The translations under genes were made by a program, and so were the position numbers. Source: Planctomycetota bacterium (GTDB lineage Bacteria; Planctomycetota; SZUA-567; H5-PLA8). Taken from it: a DNA stretch of 18,733 nt. The notes under the pieces are model-generated. The model did no database searches and had not been told where the DNA came from. It saw only the letters and a list, made by a program, of their open reading frames with translations. The first letter of the stretch is position 1; each line of letters opens with the position of its first letter. Positions 1-7,751 of this stretch are shown piece after piece. The stretch is from the NCBI GenBank assembly GCA_045863855.1, contig BTVV01000121.1:1-18733 (forward strand). Direction: 5' to 3'.

Positions 1-88
1 GGCCCCCGGCCCGCGCGGGGGGGGGGGCCGGGGGGGGGGGGGGGCGGGGGGGGGGGGGGGGGGGGGCGCGCCCCCCCCCCCCCCCCCC
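1..88. other. Low-complexity poly-G/poly-C tract, probable contig-end sequencing or assembly artefact
   Basis: Only G and C, in long homopolymer runs. Normal coding sequence starts abruptly at 89 (gaa ctg ctg caa cgc), in frame with the kinase. Confidence 0.8.
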
Positions 89-3000
89 GAACTGCTGCAA
101 CGCATCGCCTTGGCGACCATCGGCGGACCCGAGGAGACGCCCGATCTGCCCGATACGCTGCGCGTGGAAGGCAGCCTCGCCGGCCACGTCCTGCTCAAGA
201 ACGAAGTCACCCTGATCGAGCAAGGCGTGCGCAAACATCCCCTGATTCAGAGCGGGCAAGCCTACCTCGAAGCGTGGCAGTCCGAAGCTTTCATCGGCAT
301 TCCCATCGGCGGAAAAGCCGCGCCGCGCGGCGTCATCTCGATCTTCATCAGCCGCGCCTACGTGCGCGACGAAGAAGAACTGCGCCTCTTCCGCCTGATC
401 GGGCAGGCCGTGGGCGCCGCGCTGGAACGCGCCGACCGCTACGCGACTTTGCAGCGCCGCTCCGTGCGCCTCGAAGCTATGGGCCGCCTGCAGCACGAAC
501 TGGCCGGCGTGACCGAAGCAGGGGAACTCTTGCAGCGCGCGGTGGATGCGGCGCGCCGCTACCTCCGCGCCGACGCGGCGCTCGCCTTGCGGCACGAGAG
601 CGCCATGCCCGAACGCGCCGCGCGGATCGAAGTCGCGGCGGTCAGCGCCGCGCCGCAAGCCACGGTGCCCGAAGCCGGGCGTAAATTCGCCGCCGCCGAA
701 GCGGCGCTCCTGGCCGCCTGTCTGCGCGACGGGCAGGGCGCGGATTTCAAAGCTCAGGCCGGCAATCCGGTGACGCTGGCGCCCGGTTGGAGCGCCCGCG
801 CCTGCCAGTTCGTGCCGCTCACGGGCACGGACTTGGGCGAAGTCGGCATTCTGCTCGTCTACGGCGCCGACGGGATTCCCGCCGACGCCGAACACGCCGC
901 ATGGGCCGAAGATCTGGCCGATCGCGCTGGCGCGGGATTGCGGCGCGTACTCCTGCTGGAAGCCTTGCGCAAGCAGGCTTCGGAATTGGCCGTCTTCGAG
1001 CAGATCGGGCGCGCCTTCTCCGCCCAAATGGGCATCGACGAAACGCTCCGCCAACTCGTCCAGAATGTGGGGCAAGTCTTTCCTTGCGACTGGTGCGGCG
1101 TCTTCGAGCACGAGGCCGCTGCCGGCGTCCTGCGCGCGCGCGCCATCACGCTGATGAATCCGCCCGCCGAAGGACTCGGCGTGCCGGTCGCTTCGCACTC
1201 GCTGGTGGCCTTGTGCTTCCGCGAAGGCCGCACCCTGATCTCGCCCGACATGGTCAAGGACGAACGCTGCAATCAGGAATTGATCCGCAGGTTCGGCACC
1301 GCTGCGGGCGTCGTCGTTCCTTTGGGTTCGGCCGCCGGACGCTTCGGCGTCCTCTTGGCCGTTTGCGCGAAGCCTAGGGAATTCGCCTCCGAAGAGGTGC
1401 GGCGGCTTGAGCAGGTCGCGGGGCTGGCCTCAGTGGCGCTGGAACGCGCGCGGCTCTACGAGGAAGTCCGTTTGCGCGCCGACGAGCTGGCGCTTTTGAA
1501 CGAAGCAGGGCGCATCCTGGTGGAGACGCCGTACCTGGAAGCCTCGCTGCGGCGCATCGCCGAACGCGTTTCGGAGCATTTCAAAGTATCGGGTGCGGCC
1601 TTCTTTCTCGCCGACGCACAAGGCGAACGCCTGCGCTTGGCCGGCGCGGCCGGACGCCAACTCCACGCGCTCGAAGGACTCGTCGGGCCTCTCGACGCCC
1701 ACGGACCGCTCGGCGTGGCGTACAAAGAGAATCGCGCGGCGGCGTACCAGTCCGCCGCGGCCGGGATTACGGATGGAGCGGGGGAGAACGCCGCGGGCTG
1801 GGCAGCTTTCAAATCCGGTCAGGCGATCCCGATGCCCTCGGCGCGCGGGCCGCTGGGCGTGCTGGGCCTCTTCGACGACCGCGCGCGCGGATTCACCGTC
1901 GGCGAAGTGCGCAGGCTGGAAGCGGTGGCGCGCCTGGCTGCCGCGGCCGTCGAGCGCGGAGAACTGGGCCGCAGGCTCGAAGCCAGCGAAACGCGCGTGC
2001 GCGAACTCCTCGATACGCTGCCGGCCCTGGTGGTGAGCGTCGACCAGAAGGGCCGCGTGCTGACCTTTAACGCCGCCGCGGAGAAGCTCAGCGGCGTGCC
2101 GCGGGAGGAAATGCTAGGGCGCGATTTCTTCCCCTTGCTGGCCGAAGAACCCGCCGAGGCCGAAACGCGCCGCGCGCAGTTTCTGCGCGTTATGGAAGTC
2201 GGCCGCGCGCAGGAAGACGTGCTGATGCCGCTCTACGCGCGCTCCGGCGATGCCCGCCGCGTCCTTTGGCACCTCGAGCCCCTGCGCGATCCCGGCGGCG
2301 CGATCTCCGGCGTCGTCGGCATGGGCCTCGATGTCTCCGACCGCCAGACCCTCGAAGCGCAGTTGCGCCAGGCCCAGAAAATGGAATCCGTCGGCGCGCT
2401 GGCCGGAGGCATGGCCCACGATTTCAACAATCTGTTGGGCGGCATCCTGGGGCAGGCGCGGCTGGCGCGGGCGCAGGTACCGCCCGATGCGCCCCTGCGT
2501 GGAGCGCTCGAAAAAATCGAATCCGCGGCTCAGCGCGGCGCCGATCTCACCGCGAAACTCCTGGCTTTCGCGCGCAAGTCCGTCCTCCAGCCGCGCCCCG
2601 TCGATCTGCGGGTGCTCCTGCGCGAGACCGCCGAGCTCCTCACCGCCTCCCTGCCCGGCGATATCGAAGTGCGCAGCCAGATCGCCGATACGCTGCCGCT
2701 CGTCGAGGGCGATCCGACGCAACTCCAGCAGGTTCTGCTGAACCTGGCCGTCAACGCCCGCGACGCCATGCCCGAAGGCGGGCGCATGCTCTTCGCCGCG
2801 TCCTGCGAAGCGCCCAACCGCGTGAAGCTGGAAGTGGCCGATTCGGGCGTGGGCATGGGCGAGGAAGTCAAAGCGCACCTCTTCGAACCGTTCTTCACGA
2901 CCAAGGAAGTCGGAAAAGGCACCGGGCTGGGACTCTCGGTGGTCTTCGGCATCGTGCGCAGTCACGGCGGCACGATCGAAGTTCAGAGCGCGCCAGGCGC

Positions 3001-3517
3001 AGGCACGCGCTTCATCGTCCGGCTCCCCGCGCTACCCACTTCCGCCGCCGCCCCGGCCGAACGGCCGCTCGAAGCCGAATACGTGAAAGATATGCCCTAC
3101 TCCGGACAGGAAGAAATCATGATCGTGGACGACAATCAGATCGTCCGCGAAACGACCAAATCCCTCCTCAACCACCTGGGTTACCGCGTCTACGAAGCCG
3201 ATGGAGGCGCCGCCGCGCTCCGCCTGATCGACGAAGAGAGTCTGCGGCCCCAGGTTATTGTGCTCGACGTAGTCATGCCCGGATTGGCCGGCGTGCCCTT
3301 GCTGCGCGAACTCAGATCCCGCCTGCCCAACGTGAAGGTGATTCTGATTTCGGGCTACAGCCGCGACCAGACCGTCCGCGACCTGCTGCGCGAAGGCGCG
3401 CTCGAGTTACTCCCCAAGCCCTTCCACATGGAGGACTTGGGCCGAGTGATCCGGCGCGCATTGGTCCACGTCCCGCGCCCCTCGGGCACGTTGCCGCGCG
3501 TGCAACCACCGGCCTGA
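89..3517 (+). CDS. Hybrid sensor histidine kinase/response regulator (at least 4 GAF, PAS, HisKA, HATPase, REC), 5'-truncated
   Basis: H-box GGMAHDFNNLL, N-box QVLLNLAVNARDAMP, DSGVGM, FEPFFTTKEVGKGTGLGL. REC domain IMIVDDN...LDVVMPG...ISGYS...KPF. PAS domain VVSVDQKGRVLTFNAAAEKLSG. Repeated GAF exit helices (e.g. FASEEVRRLEQVAGLASVALERARLYEE). The frame is open upstream of the TTG at 110 into the artefact, so the true start is missing. Confidence 0.93.
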   Translation, partial: ELLQRIALATIGGPEETPDLPDTLRVEGSLAGHVLLKNEVTLIEQGVRKHPLIQSGQAYLEAWQSEAFIGIPIGGKAAPRGVISIFISRAYVRDEEELRLFRLIGQAVGAALERADRYATLQRRSVRLEAMGRLQHELAGVTEAGELLQRAVDAARRYLRADAALALRHESAMPERAARIEVAAVSAAPQATVPEAGRKFAAAEAALLAACLRDGQGADFKAQAGNPVTLAPGWSARACQFVPLTGTDLGEVGILLVYGADGIPADAEHAAWAEDLADRAGAGLRRVLLLEALRKQASELAVFEQIGRAFSAQMGIDETLRQLVQNVGQVFPCDWCGVFEHEAAAGVLRARAITLMNPPAEGLGVPVASHSLVALCFREGRTLISPDMVKDERCNQELIRRFGTAAGVVVPLGSAAGRFGVLLAVCAKPREFASEEVRRLEQVAGLASVALERARLYEEVRLRADELALLNEAGRILVETPYLEASLRRIAERVSEHFKVSGAAFFLADAQGERLRLAGAAGRQLHALEGLVGPLDAHGPLGVAYKENRAAAYQSAAAGITDGAGENAAGWAAFKSGQAIPMPSARGPLGVLGLFDDRARGFTVGEVRRLEAVARLAAAAVERGELGRRLEASETRVRELLDTLPALVVSVDQKGRVLTFNAAAEKLSGVPREEMLGRDFFPLLAEEPAEAETRRAQFLRVMEVGRAQEDVLMPLYARSGDARRVLWHLEPLRDPGGAISGVVGMGLDVSDRQTLEAQLRQAQKMESVGALAGGMAHDFNNLLGGILGQARLARAQVPPDAPLRGALEKIESAAQRGADLTAKLLAFARKSVLQPRPVDLRVLLRETAELLTASLPGDIEVRSQIADTLPLVEGDPTQLQQVLLNLAVNARDAMPEGGRMLFAASCEAPNRVKLEVADSGVGMGEEVKAHLFEPFFTTKEVGKGTGLGLSVVFGIVRSHGGTIEVQSAPGAGTRFIVRLPALPTSAAAPAERPLEAEYVKDMPYSGQEEIMIVDDNQIVRETTKSLLNHLGYRVYEADGGAAALRLIDEESLRPQVIVLDVVMPGLAGVPLLRELRSRLPNVKVILISGYSRDQTVRDLLREGALELLPKPFHMEDLGRVIRRALVHVPRPSGTLPRVQPPA

Positions 3518-3592
3518 GTTCGAGAATTGTACTCACGTCGGCGCAGTTCGTCTCGTCTAAGTGCTAAGTACACGTACTAGGGGAAGGCGCTC

Positions 3593-4375
3593 ATGCGACG
3601 AATCGGAAGGCTGGCTTGTGCTTGGGCGTTCGCCTGGGGAGCCGCAGCGGTATGCGCGCAATCTGCGCCGGCGCAGCCGGCTGCACGGCCGGCCCTCGTG
3701 CGTCCCGAGAGCGAAATTCCGCGCGTCACCAACGGCTGGCAGCGCATGGTGGAAAGCGGTGCGCTGATCGATCGCTTCAAGCAATCCGAACCGGTCACGC
3801 GCTCAACCCTTACGCCTGCGACGCAGATTCCCAGGCCGCTTCCCGCAGCACTGGAGAAGTCACCGTCCACGTCTACCGAAACGCCGTCCAAGCTTCCTCG
3901 CGTCACCAACGGTTGGCGGCGCATGGTGGAAAGCGGACAGTTGATCGACCGGTTTAAGCAGCCAGAAGCGATTCCTCCGCGGGCTCAAACGGGAACCGTA
4001 CCGGCCCGCTTTGATCTGCGCGGGGACCAGGAAGGCCCCGTTTACATCGGTCGATCGGCGGGATCGCGATTGCCGGAACTGCTGGATCGTACTCGATCCC
4101 AGCCGCCTGCGGCCGGGTTGACGGGTCCGGAATCTTTGCGCCGCATGCAGGTCGGCGCGGATGTGTACCAAGCCGCTCGGCCATCGTCATCTGGCGCCGC
4201 CGATGCGTACGATCCTTGGTCGCTGGCGCTGCCGTTGCAGCTTCCTTCTTACGATACGGTCTCGGTGCCTGGCTTTACGTCGACGCAGAACCCCAGGGTG
4301 GAAACCTTCGTGATCCTGGGTCCGTACAGGCCGGTTCCGCACCACGCGCCGCCGGCGCGCGGGCAGCAGAAATAA
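3593..4375 (+). CDS. Hypothetical secreted protein (260 aa) with a duplicated 25-aa motif
   Basis: GGGAAGG RBS before the ATG. Signal-peptide-like N-terminus MRRIGRLACAWAFAWGAAAVCA|Q. The internal repeat diverges mostly at synonymous sites in this frame. The ORF fills the gap between the kinase and the terminator. Confidence 0.75.
   Translation: MRRIGRLACAWAFAWGAAAVCAQSAPAQPAARPALVRPESEIPRVTNGWQRMVESGALIDRFKQSEPVTRSTLTPATQIPRPLPAALEKSPSTSTETPSKLPRVTNGWRRMVESGQLIDRFKQPEAIPPRAQTGTVPARFDLRGDQEGPVYIGRSAGSRLPELLDRTRSQPPAAGLTGPESLRRMQVGADVYQAARPSSSGAADAYDPWSLALPLQLPSYDTVSVPGFTSTQNPRVETFVILGPYRPVPHHAPPARGQQK
3716..3967 (+). repeat. Two 75-nt coding direct repeats (3716-3790 and 3893-3967)
   Basis: IPRVTNGWQRMVESGALIDRFKQSE vs LPRVTNGWRRMVESGQLIDRFKQPE, 21/25 aa identical, 177-nt period. 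Confidence 0.92.
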
Positions 4376-4405
4376 AAACGGGCAGCTCTCCAAGAGAGCT
4401 GCCCG
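4374..4405 (-). terminator. Intrinsic terminator between convergent genes
   Basis: Perfect 12-bp stem cgggcagctctc-caa-gagagctgcccg (4379-4405). The A-run at 4374-4378 reads as a U-tract on the minus strand, just downstream of the PA14 gene stop. Confidence 0.85.
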
Positions 4406-4428
4406 CGATTCGAGCACGTAAGCAGAGT

Positions 4429-5607
4429 CTACTTCTTCTTCCGGCCTTTCTTTTCGTCGGGCTTTGCCTTCGCTTCAGGTTTGGCTTCCGATTTGGCCGC
4501 CGCTTCTGGCTTCGCTTCGGGTTCTTCGATCTTTTCGCCCGGCACCGTGGCATGGAACACCTGTTCCTGGCTCAAGCGATCTTTCATGCCCTCCGCGTGC
4601 TTCCATGCGAGCCACAGTTCGGCGCCCTCGTCCACGTTGAAGTACTCGACGCGCAATTCGGCTTCGCCTTTGCGCAGCTCGATTTGGCCCCACATCGTCT
4701 CGGTCTTGTGCGCGCCGTCGTTATCGACCACCAAGTCGCCGTTGACGAACAGCCGCGCGCCGTTGTCGGACGTCAGCCAAAACGTATAGAGGCCGTCCTC
4801 CTCGGCTTTCACCTTCCCGTGCATCTCGCCGTATACCTGGACGTGCGGCGCGCCGGGCGGCGGACCTTTGGGCGTCGTGAAGCCGCACACCGTGAGCGGC
4901 AGGATCGCATCGGGCGCGCGATCGGGACGCGCCGGCACCTTGGTGAGCTTTTCTTGCGTATCGGCGAGACTCCACCATTCGGCGCGCAGGCCGGGCAAGG
5001 TCTCGGGAAGCGCCGAAGGATCCGCCTCGGCCGTGCCCGCGGCCGTCGCGGGTGCGGCATCCAGAAGATCGGTGGCCGCTTGCGCGGCGACCGAGGAATC
5101 CGTGGTCTTGTGCAGCAGCGCGCCGGTTACGTATCCGACCGCTAGCATCACCAGCGCCGCCAAAGGCAGCGCGATGCGGCGCGGACTGACCGGATGCGCC
5201 GGACGCTCCTGCGTGGCGGGTGCTGCAATAGGTGCGGTCGAGGACCCCGCCGCCGGACGGCGCTCGGATACCGGAGCTTTCGCGGCCGGCTGGGCCCCGC
5301 TGGCGCGCTTGGGCGCTACCGCCGGAGCCACCTGCTGCGCTCCGCTGGTGCGACGCCGGGGCGTAACCGGAGCTTGCTGCTGCTGCTGCACCCCGCTGCT
5401 GCGCCGAGACGGAGCGGCCGGAGCTTCCGGCGCCACGCGTTCCGACGCGCGCCGAGGCACGCTACCTTGGGCCGGCGTGCGGCGAGCCGAAGGAGCCCCC
5501 GCCGCGGGCGTGCGCCGACCTTCCGAACTGCGCCGCTCCGATCCGCGGGCTGCTGGAGCGGAACCGGTGCGGCGGGACGAAGAACGGCGCGAAGGAGGAA
5601 GGGCCAT
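4429..5607 (-). CDS. Single-pass membrane protein with C-terminal PA14 domain and low-complexity Arg/Ser/Ala/Pro N-terminus
   Basis: PA14-like motifs PGLRAEWW, GLYTFWLTSDNGARLFVNGDLVVDNDGAH, IELRKGEAELRVEYFN, ELWLAW. TM helix IALPLAALVMLAVGYVTGALL. ATG at 5607 is preceded by AAGGTGG; alternative GTG start at 5619. Confidence 0.85.
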   Translation of the reverse strand: MALPPSRRSSSRRTGSAPAARGSERRSSEGRRTPAAGAPSARRTPAQGSVPRRASERVAPEAPAAPSRRSSGVQQQQQAPVTPRRRTSGAQQVAPAVAPKRASGAQPAAKAPVSERRPAAGSSTAPIAAPATQERPAHPVSPRRIALPLAALVMLAVGYVTGALLHKTTDSSVAAQAATDLLDAAPATAAGTAEADPSALPETLPGLRAEWWSLADTQEKLTKVPARPDRAPDAILPLTVCGFTTPKGPPPGAPHVQVYGEMHGKVKAEEDGLYTFWLTSDNGARLFVNGDLVVDNDGAHKTETMWGQIELRKGEAELRVEYFNVDEGAELWLAWKHAEGMKDRLSQEQVFHATVPGEKIEEPEAKPEAAAKSEAKPEAKAKPDEKKGRKKK

Positions 5608-5608
5608 G

Positions 5609-5767
5609 CGGGCTGCCACCTTGATTCAAACCGAAGAAGTCTTGTAGTCCCCGAGGGGCACAACGAGCAAGAGGCCGTCGTCCATTTCCAACACGTGCAT
5701 GCGGTTCTGTTTTGCTTACCCCGATGAATTGAAGGCGTCCGAACTCTTTCGGCTTAAAAATCACCCG
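5609..5767 (-). ncRNA. Candidate structured RNA (long irregular hairpin; 6S-like or cis-regulatory leader)
   Basis: Hand folding: 5763-5742 pairs with 5641-5622 at 19 of 20 positions (4 G-U, one 2-nt bulge). Inner helices ggggta/tgcccc and agcaa/ttgct are separated from the outer helix by a 19/13-nt bubble. No family motif recognised. Confidence 0.3.
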
Positions 5768-5768
5768 T

Positions 5769-5789
5769 GCACCTCACTAAGCGAGGTGC
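5769..5789 (-). terminator. Hairpin downstream of the sigma-54 activator, possible weak terminator
   Basis: Minus strand gcacctcgc-tta-gtgaggtgc (9 bp including one G-U). The U-run is 8 nt away, so it is atypical. Confidence 0.3.
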
Positions 5790-5864
5790 GGTCTGTTGGA
5801 AGTAACGATAGATGAGGAAGATCCTTGCGCCTCAGATCGGCGCTAATACTTGCACGTGTGCAGC

Positions 5865-7355
5865 TTAGGGCTCGTCCGAAGGATCGTCGCCACCCGTCGG
5901 CATCCCGTAGTCGTTCAGCATCCGGTACAGCCGCTTGCGGCTCACGCCCAACAACTGCGCGGCCTTGCTTTTGTTGCCTTGGCTCAATGCCAGCGCGCGG
6001 TTGAGCGCCTCGCGCTCCATATCGTTCATGCTCAACGGAGTGGGCGAAGCCGCCGCAAGGGCCGGCGCCGGTGCAAGCCCTTCGGCGCAGGGCGCCGGCG
6101 TGCCTCCCGCATTCGGGCAGCGCAGCCAGTCGGGCAGATCGGCCGGCATGAGCTGCTCGTCGGCGCCGAGCGCGTAAGAACTCTCGACCACGCTCTCCAG
6201 TTCGCGCACGTTGCCTGGCCACGGGTAGCGCGAAAGCTGGGCGAGCGTTTCCGGCGCGACGCGGCGGATGCGCCGGCCGTTGCGCTTGCCGTGCTTGGCC
6301 AGGAAATGGTCCAGCAAGATAGGAAGGTCCTCGATGCGGTCGCGCAGCGGCGGCAGATGCATGCGTACGACGCCCAGCCGGTAGTACAGATCGTCGCGCA
6401 GGACGCCCCGCGCGCGGGCCTGGTCGATGTCCCAATTCGTGGCGGCGATCACGCGCACGTCGACGGGCAGCTCGCGCGTCGAACCCACCGGGCGGACGCG
6501 GCGGTCTTGCAGCACGCGCAGCAGTTTGGCCTGCGTGTCCTTGGGCATATCGACCACTTCGTCGAGGAAGATCGTCCCGCCGTCGGCGGCGCGGAAGAGC
6601 CCCTTGCTTTCGCGCGTCGCGCCGGTAAACGAGCCCGCTTCGTGACCGAAAAGCTCGGATTCGATCAGGTTCTCGGGCAGCGCGGCGCAGTTGACCGGGA
6701 TGAAGGCGCGCTCTCCGCGCTCGCCCAAGGCGTGAATCGCCCGCGCGACCAGTTCCTTTCCGGTCCCGCTCTCCCCGGTGATCATCACCGTCGCGGCGCT
6801 GCGCGCCGCCGCTTCGATGCGCCGGTACAGCGCCCGCATGATGGGGCTCTGGCCGATCATCCCCACCCGAGCGCTCTCGCCGTCGCCTTCGCGCGCGGCG
6901 GCGGGTTCGCCGGGCGCGTGCGCCTCCACCTTGGCGATCAGCTCCGCCCTTTCGAAGGGTTTGGTGACGTAATCCGCCGCGCCGCGCTTCATCGCCTCGA
7001 CTGCATCTTGAACCGTCGCGTAGCCGGTCATCAGCAGCACCGGGACCTCCGGGGCCAGCGCCTTGACCTCGCGCAGCAGATCCATCCCGTTGGTTTCGCG
7101 GCCCAGGCGTACGTCGGAAAGCACGATCTGGATGGCGGGCTTCCTGCCCGCGAGGCCGTCGCGGATCCGCGCGAGCGCCTGCGCCGCGTGCTCCGCGCCT
7201 TCGGCCAGCCAGCCGCGGCGGGCAAAAAGGTCGCAGCACATCTGCCGCATCGCAGCATCGTCCTCGACGACCAGCAGGGCCATGCTTCCCGGGTGCGCCG
7301 TCGGATCCGGCGCTTCGGCCAAGCTGTGCGGTGAGTCGTAAAAGCTCGCGGACAT
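5865..7355 (-). CDS. Sigma-54-dependent response regulator, NtrC/AtoC family (REC, AAA+, Fis HTH)
   Basis: REC LLVVEDD...VLSDVRL...MTGY...KPF. Walker A GESGTGKE, ESELFGHEAGSFTGA, Walker B IFLDEV, RDDLYYRL, WPGNVREL, HTH GNKSKAAQLLGVSRKRLYR. Start uncertain: ATG 7355 preferred over TTG 7385. Confidence 0.96.
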   Translation of the reverse strand: MSASFYDSPHSLAEAPDPTAHPGSMALLVVEDDAAMRQMCCDLFARRGWLAEGAEHAAQALARIRDGLAGRKPAIQIVLSDVRLGRETNGMDLLREVKALAPEVPVLLMTGYATVQDAVEAMKRGAADYVTKPFERAELIAKVEAHAPGEPAAAREGDGESARVGMIGQSPIMRALYRRIEAAARSAATVMITGESGTGKELVARAIHALGERGERAFIPVNCAALPENLIESELFGHEAGSFTGATRESKGLFRAADGGTIFLDEVVDMPKDTQAKLLRVLQDRRVRPVGSTRELPVDVRVIAATNWDIDQARARGVLRDDLYYRLGVVRMHLPPLRDRIEDLPILLDHFLAKHGKRNGRRIRRVAPETLAQLSRYPWPGNVRELESVVESSYALGADEQLMPADLPDWLRCPNAGGTPAPCAEGLAPAPALAAASPTPLSMNDMEREALNRALALSQGNKSKAAQLLGVSRKRLYRMLNDYGMPTGGDDPSDEP

Positions 7356-7468
7356 GCCTTCGAGATCCCCATTCTCTATACCCAAGTATAGCGGATAGCG
7401 AGGCTAACACGCCACGAAACCGGCCTCCTACAGTCCTGTTTGGGATAATCCTCTAACGTGCTTAAAGG

Positions 7469-7666
7469 CTAGTCGTTACGAGAACCGGAACGGAGCACCA
7501 GGAAAAGGAACAGCGCGAGCAGGAACAACCCCCCCGCCGCCCAGACCATGCGCAAGGCAAGCCGGAATCCGAAGGCTACCGATCGGCCCACCACGCCCAG
7601 CAGCATCAGCCCGGCCAGCAGCAGGACGATCAGGAGCAGCACATTCATGGCGCGTCGCGACGGCAT
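7469..7666 (-). CDS. Small membrane protein (65 aa, two hydrophobic helices)
   Basis: GGAGG 4 nt upstream of ATG 7666. Two hydrophobic segments, VLLLIVLLLAGLMLLGVVG and VWAAGGLFLLALFLFLVL. This start avoids overlap with the divergent gene at 7752. Confidence 0.7.
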   Translation of the reverse strand: MPSRRAMNVLLLIVLLLAGLMLLGVVGRSVAFGFRLALRMVWAAGGLFLLALFLFLVLRSGSRND

Positions 7667-7751
7667 CGTGCCTCCATGTTCCGTAGGGTGAGCCGATTCG
7701 CAAGCGCGCTGAGTTGCGGGCGCCTGCCCGCTTGCGTACTCTTCTGGCTCC

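Noticed and set aside
1..88. G-quadruplex or phase-variable poly-G tract
   Set aside because: It sits at the window edge, contains only G and C, and interrupts an open kinase frame. A read or assembly artefact is the simpler explanation.
3716..3967. CRISPR-like repeat
   Set aside because: Only two copies, 75 nt long, diverging at third codon positions; no cas genes.
5730..5760. c-di-GMP-I riboswitch-like string (CGAAAGAGT..GGACGC, minus strand)
   Set aside because: The stem around GAAA does not pair, and the upstream GCAAA and downstream AAAG elements are missing.
5768..5862. NtrC-type enhancer sites (TGCAC...GTGCA) and sigma-54 -24/-12 promoters
   Set aside because: Half-site spacing is wrong, and I found no convincing GG-N10-GC element in the intergenic regions I examined.
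5761..7410. Long alternative ORFs (5761..7410 -, 5850..7334 +) over the regulator
   Set aside because: Shadow frames typical of high-GC DNA. Arg/Ala/Gly-rich with no motifs, and they overlap a clear gene.
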